This document shows, piece by piece, positions 27,915-32,134 of a DNA stretch of 32,134 nt (position 1 is the first letter of the stretch; each line of letters opens with the position of its first letter). Source of the DNA: Verrucomicrobiota bacterium (lineage in GTDB: Bacteria > Verrucomicrobiota > Kiritimatiellia > Kiritimatiellales > Tichowtungiaceae); the NCBI GenBank assembly GCA_030619095.1, contig JAUXCB010000001.1, positions 1 to 32,134 of the forward strand, given 5' to 3'. Position numbers and translations under genes: made by a program. The notes beneath the pieces are model-generated. The model had not been told where the DNA came from. It searched no databases and was given only the letters and a program-made list of their open reading frames with translations.

Positions 27915-27942
27915 AAAAGCACTCCGAGAACGGAGTGCTTTT
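27915..27942 (-). terminator. Intrinsic terminator after the LysM gene
   Basis: AAAAGCACTCCG-agaa-CGGAGTGCTTTT, a perfect stem with A/T tails. Confidence 0.8.
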
Positions 27943-27996
27943 CATCCCTTTTGCTATCGAAAAAATTTATCTAAGCAGTCTACGACTGCTGTAGAC

Positions 27997-28887
27997 TTAT
28001 TCTGGAATCGGAACCAGCAACTTGGTGCCGGGCTTCAGGGTCGAAGGATCCGTAATGCCATTCAGAAGCATGATCTCCTTCTTCAAGCTTCCATACTGGC
28101 GGGCGACATCCTCAAGGGTCTCTCCGGGATAAAGAACATGCTCGTACACCGGGGCGGAGCCCGCCGGTGCGAGAGGTTTCAAACCAACAATCGGAGCCAA
28201 CTCCGGGGCGGCATCTTTCACGGGTGCCAATTTCGCAGGGGCGGAGGGAGCAACCTTGATCAACACAACGCCTTCTTTTGGAATGGTGAGGCTCTTCCCG
28301 GCAATAATCCGGTTGCTGCTCATCGCATTGGCCGCCTTGAGTTCGGCGATAGTCACGCCGGCACGACTGGCGATGCCTGAAAGGGTGTCGCCTCGTTGAA
28401 TGACATAGGTGGTGCCTTCTGTAATCGGCTTGCTGGAGCCCGCCGCCGGACGGGTAACCCGGGAGGAGGAAGCGTTGAGCCCGGAAGGAATCACGATCTC
28501 CTGACCCACCAGAAGCTTGTTGGCATTGGAGAGGTTGTTGAGTGCGGCCAGCTTTTTCCAGCTCGTGCCATACATCGAGGCAATCGCGGAAAGGGTATCT
28601 CCTTTACGGACAACATAGGTGTCTCCAACTGCCGGCACGGCGGGAGGATCAAATATCACACCGGGATCCGTATCGATCATCGGCGGCAACAAAATGGAGT
28701 CTGACCCGTCAGCAGGAAAATCGACGGTGTCGGCAACGTGCGCAGGCCCAAGGGTCGGCTCGTTGTAGGGCCAGTTAAACGCGTCGATGGGACACTGACC
28801 TGTCGCACATCCTTGCATAAGTAGAACACCCGCCAGCACCACCAGGTGCAGAGCCAAAAGCTGTAAACTGATTTTTCTTGATTTCAT
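27997..28887 (-). CDS. LysM-domain lipoprotein (three LysM domains)
   Basis: Signal peptide with lipobox-like LMQGC, then YVVRKGDTLSAIA, YVIQRGDTLSGIA and HVLYPGETLEDVA. Confidence 0.9.
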   Translation of the reverse strand: MKSRKISLQLLALHLVVLAGVLLMQGCATGQCPIDAFNWPYNEPTLGPAHVADTVDFPADGSDSILLPPMIDTDPGVIFDPPAVPAVGDTYVVRKGDTLSAIASMYGTSWKKLAALNNLSNANKLLVGQEIVIPSGLNASSSRVTRPAAGSSKPITEGTTYVIQRGDTLSGIASRAGVTIAELKAANAMSSNRIIAGKSLTIPKEGVVLIKVAPSAPAKLAPVKDAAPELAPIVGLKPLAPAGSAPVYEHVLYPGETLEDVARQYGSLKKEIMLLNGITDPSTLKPGTKLLVPIPE

Positions 28888-28889
28888 GA

Positions 28890-30194
28890 CTATCCCTCTC
28901 TCTTCTTTCTATTCTTTTCACCCGCCTGCTTACATACGTTCTTCAGCCGGCTTGCTTCGCAGGCAAACACCTCGCCGCGCTCATTAAAACCGCTAAACTG
29001 GTCGAAGCTGGTGCATGCAGGAGAAAGCAATATGGTATCGCCCGGCACGGCTCTCTCCCATGCGGCGGAAACCGCTTCTTCCAGTCTCCCGCAAGGAAGA
29101 CAAATAACAGAATCCTCCCATGCCGCCTGCATCGCTTCCGACGCTTCCCCAATAAGATATAGACGGGACACCTGCTGCGCCAGTAAATCTTTTACAAAAC
29201 TAAGATCCGTCTCCTTGGCCCGGCCCCCTGCAATCAAATGAACCCGCCCGGAACTCATCCGAAGCGCTGCACACATTCCGGCCAAGTTCGTGGCCTTGGA
29301 ATCATTAATAAATTTAACTCCATTCACCTCCGCCACCGGCTCCATCCGGTGCGGAAGTGGCTGAAAGGCTCGGGCGGAGTCCTCCAATGCGCTCGGCGGC
29401 AGCCCGCAGGCATCGCCGACTGCAGCAACCGCTGCGGCGGCGGCGGCAAGCACCTCATTGTCAAAGTAGGTCCCCGTCAAATCGACCTCACCGACGCGGC
29501 CTTCAAAAAACCGGTACCCAGCCCCCTGCTCCGTGCCAAAGGTCTCAGGCTCAACAGCAAACGGAAAATCGGCGGCGGCGGAAACAAAGCCAAAGGGAAG
29601 AATGGCCGTGTCGCCCGTTTCCATCTGTTTAAAAAGCCGCAGCTTGAGGGCGCCATAGGTCTCTATGTTGTTATGACGATCAAGGTGGTTGGGCAACACA
29701 TTGAGAAGCACGCCGACATCGGGACGGAACCGCTCCACCGTTTCGAGCTGAAAAGAACTGACCTCCATGACCAACCAGTCAGGACGTTCCGGCAACCGGA
29801 CCGCAGCAGAAACCGGAAAGCCGTAGTTGCCGCAGGGCACGGCGAACCGCCCGGCCTGCGCCAACATATCAACCATCCATTTAACCACCGTGCTTTTCCC
29901 GTTGGAGCCGGTCACCGCAATCACCGGACAATCTCGACGGGACCAGCCAAGCTCAAGCTCGGAAAGCAGAGGAACCCCTCGTTCCGCCAACTCCCTCACC
30001 CAAGGGTGCTCCAGCGAAAAGCCGGGGCTGAGAATGGCGACTTCCGGCTCAAAAGAAAGCGCCTCATATCGGTAGTCGGGAGTGGTTTCATCAGCAATTG
30101 AAACCACCGTCGCCCCTTCGCTCCGCAACAACGCCTCGGCGGCGCGCCCGCTTCGTCCGCACCCCAAAACCAGAGCTTCCCTGTATTTATGCAT
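28890..30194 (-). CDS. murD: UDP-N-acetylmuramoyl-L-alanine--D-glutamate ligase
   Basis: VTGSNGKST, EVSSFQLE, NHLDRH, INDSKATN and LLSPACTSFDQF motifs. Confidence 0.95.
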   Translation of the reverse strand: MHKYREALVLGCGRSGRAAEALLRSEGATVVSIADETTPDYRYEALSFEPEVAILSPGFSLEHPWVRELAERGVPLLSELELGWSRRDCPVIAVTGSNGKSTVVKWMVDMLAQAGRFAVPCGNYGFPVSAAVRLPERPDWLVMEVSSFQLETVERFRPDVGVLLNVLPNHLDRHNNIETYGALKLRLFKQMETGDTAILPFGFVSAAADFPFAVEPETFGTEQGAGYRFFEGRVGEVDLTGTYFDNEVLAAAAAAVAAVGDACGLPPSALEDSARAFQPLPHRMEPVAEVNGVKFINDSKATNLAGMCAALRMSSGRVHLIAGGRAKETDLSFVKDLLAQQVSRLYLIGEASEAMQAAWEDSVICLPCGRLEEAVSAAWERAVPGDTILLSPACTSFDQFSGFNERGEVFACEASRLKNVCKQAGEKNRKKREG

Positions 30195-30359
30195 TCGGCA
30201 ACATTAAATGGGTGGAAGTCAGAATGCAGTTAAAATATGCGGGGGTAAACAGGTTTTTTAAACAGGTTTTGTTATGATCCGCTGGTCAACCTGCGAGAAA
30301 ATGTTCATGCTGTGTAAAGAAGCAAAAACTGAACCCCATAAGGAAAGGACGCTGGAAAC

Positions 30360-31766
30360 ATGGATATAAAACTGAACTTCTTCGGCGCAGCAAAAAACGT
30401 CACCGGCTCCTGCTATTTTCTTGAGGCGAACGGTGTCCGACTCTTGGTGGATTGCGGTCTCTATCAGGAGCGCGATCTGAAGCCCCGCAACTGGGCTGAC
30501 TTCCCCGTACCGGCAGAGACCATCGACGCCGTCCTGCTCACCCACGCCCACCTCGATCACTGCGGCCGCCTGCCAAAGCTGGTCAAAGAGGGCTTCCGTG
30601 GAAAAATCTATGCAACCCCCGCCACAGCAGAAATTTCGACCATCATCATGCTCGATTCCGCTCACATCCAGGAAGAAGACATCAAACACAAAAAACGGCG
30701 CCACGAACGCTCCGGCAAAAAAAGCCCATTCCCCTACGAACCGCTCTATACAATGGAGGATGCCGAAAAAACCCGGTCGCTCTTCCACTCGGCGCGATAC
30801 AACACGAACATCGACATCGGCAGCGGGATCACCGCCGAGTTCCGCGAAGCAGGACACGTTTTCGGCTCGTCGATGATCCGCCTTACAGTGAACCAGGCTG
30901 GGGAAAAGCGAACCATTCTGTTTTCAGGCGATGTCGGCCGCCGGGATCTTCCGATCATGCGCGACCCCGCCCAGTTTGAGCAGGCCGACTACGTGCTGAT
31001 CGAATCAACCTACGGCGACCGCATCCACGGGCAGGTGGCGGACATCCCCGGCGAGCTGGAGCGCATCATTAACGAAACACAGCAGGCGGGCGGCAACATT
31101 GTGATTCCGAGCTTTGCGCTCGAACGGACCCAGGAGCTGCTTTACCACCTCAACAACCTGCTTAACGAAGACCGCATCCCGCACCTGCAGACTTTTGTCG
31201 ACAGCCCCATGGCCATCCGGGTAACGGACGTGTTTAAAAAACATCCTGAATTGTTCGACGAAGAAACCATGGCGCAGGTAAATGCCGGCGATCAACCGTG
31301 CGACTTCCCGGGGCTGACAATGTCCCGCACGGTCGACCAGTCCAAGGCGATCAAAGATGTCAAAGGCTCCGCGATCATTATTGCCGGCTCAGGCATGTGC
31401 ACCGGCGGACGGATCAAACACCACCTTAAAAGCAATATTGACCGTCCCGAAAGCACCATCCTCTTCGTGGGATATCAGGCGTTCGGCACTCTCGGCCGGG
31501 TGATTTTGGAAAAACCTGAAACCGTGCGGCTCTTTGGCGAGGACTACCCCGTCAAAGCCCGAATCGAAAAAATATCCGGCTTCTCGGCGCACGCCGACCA
31601 GAACGAGCTTCATCAGTGGATCTCATCGCTGAAAACCCCGCCGCGCAAGGTATTCATTACCCACGGTGAGGAATCGCAGGCTACCGCCTTCCAAAAATTC
31701 CTCTCCGGAAAAACAGGCTGGAACTGCACCGTCCCCGACTACGGCCAAGAAGTACTTCTGGACTGA
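30360..31766 (+). CDS. MBL-fold beta-CASP ribonuclease
   Basis: THAHLDHCG, AGHVFGS, FSGDVG, ESTYGDR, GSGMCTGGRI and FSAHAD motifs. Confidence 0.92.
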   Translation: MDIKLNFFGAAKNVTGSCYFLEANGVRLLVDCGLYQERDLKPRNWADFPVPAETIDAVLLTHAHLDHCGRLPKLVKEGFRGKIYATPATAEISTIIMLDSAHIQEEDIKHKKRRHERSGKKSPFPYEPLYTMEDAEKTRSLFHSARYNTNIDIGSGITAEFREAGHVFGSSMIRLTVNQAGEKRTILFSGDVGRRDLPIMRDPAQFEQADYVLIESTYGDRIHGQVADIPGELERIINETQQAGGNIVIPSFALERTQELLYHLNNLLNEDRIPHLQTFVDSPMAIRVTDVFKKHPELFDEETMAQVNAGDQPCDFPGLTMSRTVDQSKAIKDVKGSAIIIAGSGMCTGGRIKHHLKSNIDRPESTILFVGYQAFGTLGRVILEKPETVRLFGEDYPVKARIEKISGFSAHADQNELHQWISSLKTPPRKVFITHGEESQATAFQKFLSGKTGWNCTVPDYGQEVLLD

Positions 31767-32024
31767 TCGCTTTCTACATAATTGCAAAACAACAAATTAT
31801 GAAAATGTTACGATGCCAGGTCTGCCCCGAATGGCACTAAGTTAAGCCTTTTTGGCACGGAGAAGGGATCCTCTTTTGTCCTTCAAAAAGACACCTTCTT
31901 CCTTAAATTTAACTCACGGATTTTTACTGTACAGCGAATTAAAACAGAAGCAACTTTCCATCCTTAAGCCAGCATGACGCTTTAGGCGGACTGGCACGTT
32001 TCACGAGGGGTTGCAAAAACGCTG

Positions 32025-32050
32025 AGAAAAGGGGTCAGAAAAGGGGTCAG
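32025..32050 (+). repeat. 12-bp direct repeat AGAAAAGGGGTC x2
   Basis: 32025-32036 and 32037-32048, plus AG. Confidence 0.8.
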
Positions 32051-32110
32051 CCAAAGAATCTTGCTGTTTTTATCCTTGATGTTCATTAATGCGTGCTGCA
32101 CGATGTGTTC

Positions 32111-32134
32111 ATGCCGAGACCTTTACGAGTGGAA
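32111..32134 (+). CDS. Start of a probable Y1/RAYT-like HUH transposase (truncated by the window edge)
   Basis: Only 8 codons, MPRPLRVE, resembling the MARPLRIE N-terminus of this family. Promoter-like TTGATG-N17-CACGAT lies 6 nt before the ATG. Confidence 0.45.

Noticed and set aside
31767-32024. tRNA or ncRNA in the terminal intergenic region
   Set aside because: No cloverleaf, T-loop consensus or recognisable RNA family seen.

Overview
Bacterial chromosomal window, probably from a Kiritimatiellota/PVC-superphylum organism (inferred from gene content and the murD-LysM-ftsW order, not from a database search). Left to right: the start of a surface-polysaccharide cluster on the minus strand (NeuB/PseI-like synthase, PIG-L deacetylase, CysQ/IMPase, Wzm/Wzt, glycosyltransferase-like genes) with a Phd-PIN toxin-antitoxin pair inside it; housekeeping genes (pgm, acyl-CoA ligase, rlmN, purB, a DRE-TIM aldolase, thyX); an ECF sigma/vWA pair; a DUF4139-like pseudogene; the pta-ackA-orn run; a detached alpha operon without rpsD (diverged infA-like, Cys-free rpmJ, rpsM, extended rpsK, rpoA, rplQ); a Cas4/AddB-like nuclease; murD-LysM-ftsW; a beta-CASP RNase; and the first codons of a probable RAYT-like transposase. 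The most striking signal is an AT-rich tandem-domain GxxExxY nuclease gene bracketed by a perfect 25-bp inverted repeat whose arms each hold two 10-nt units at a 15-nt period. A gene-less element with the same architecture lies 5 kb away, which suggests an autonomous/non-autonomous mobile system built on a PD-(D/E)XK nuclease. Several other small repeat families are present (TTCCA-N5-TGGAA palindromes, GTAG REPs, 7/8-mer tandem arrays), and five genes look leaderless.
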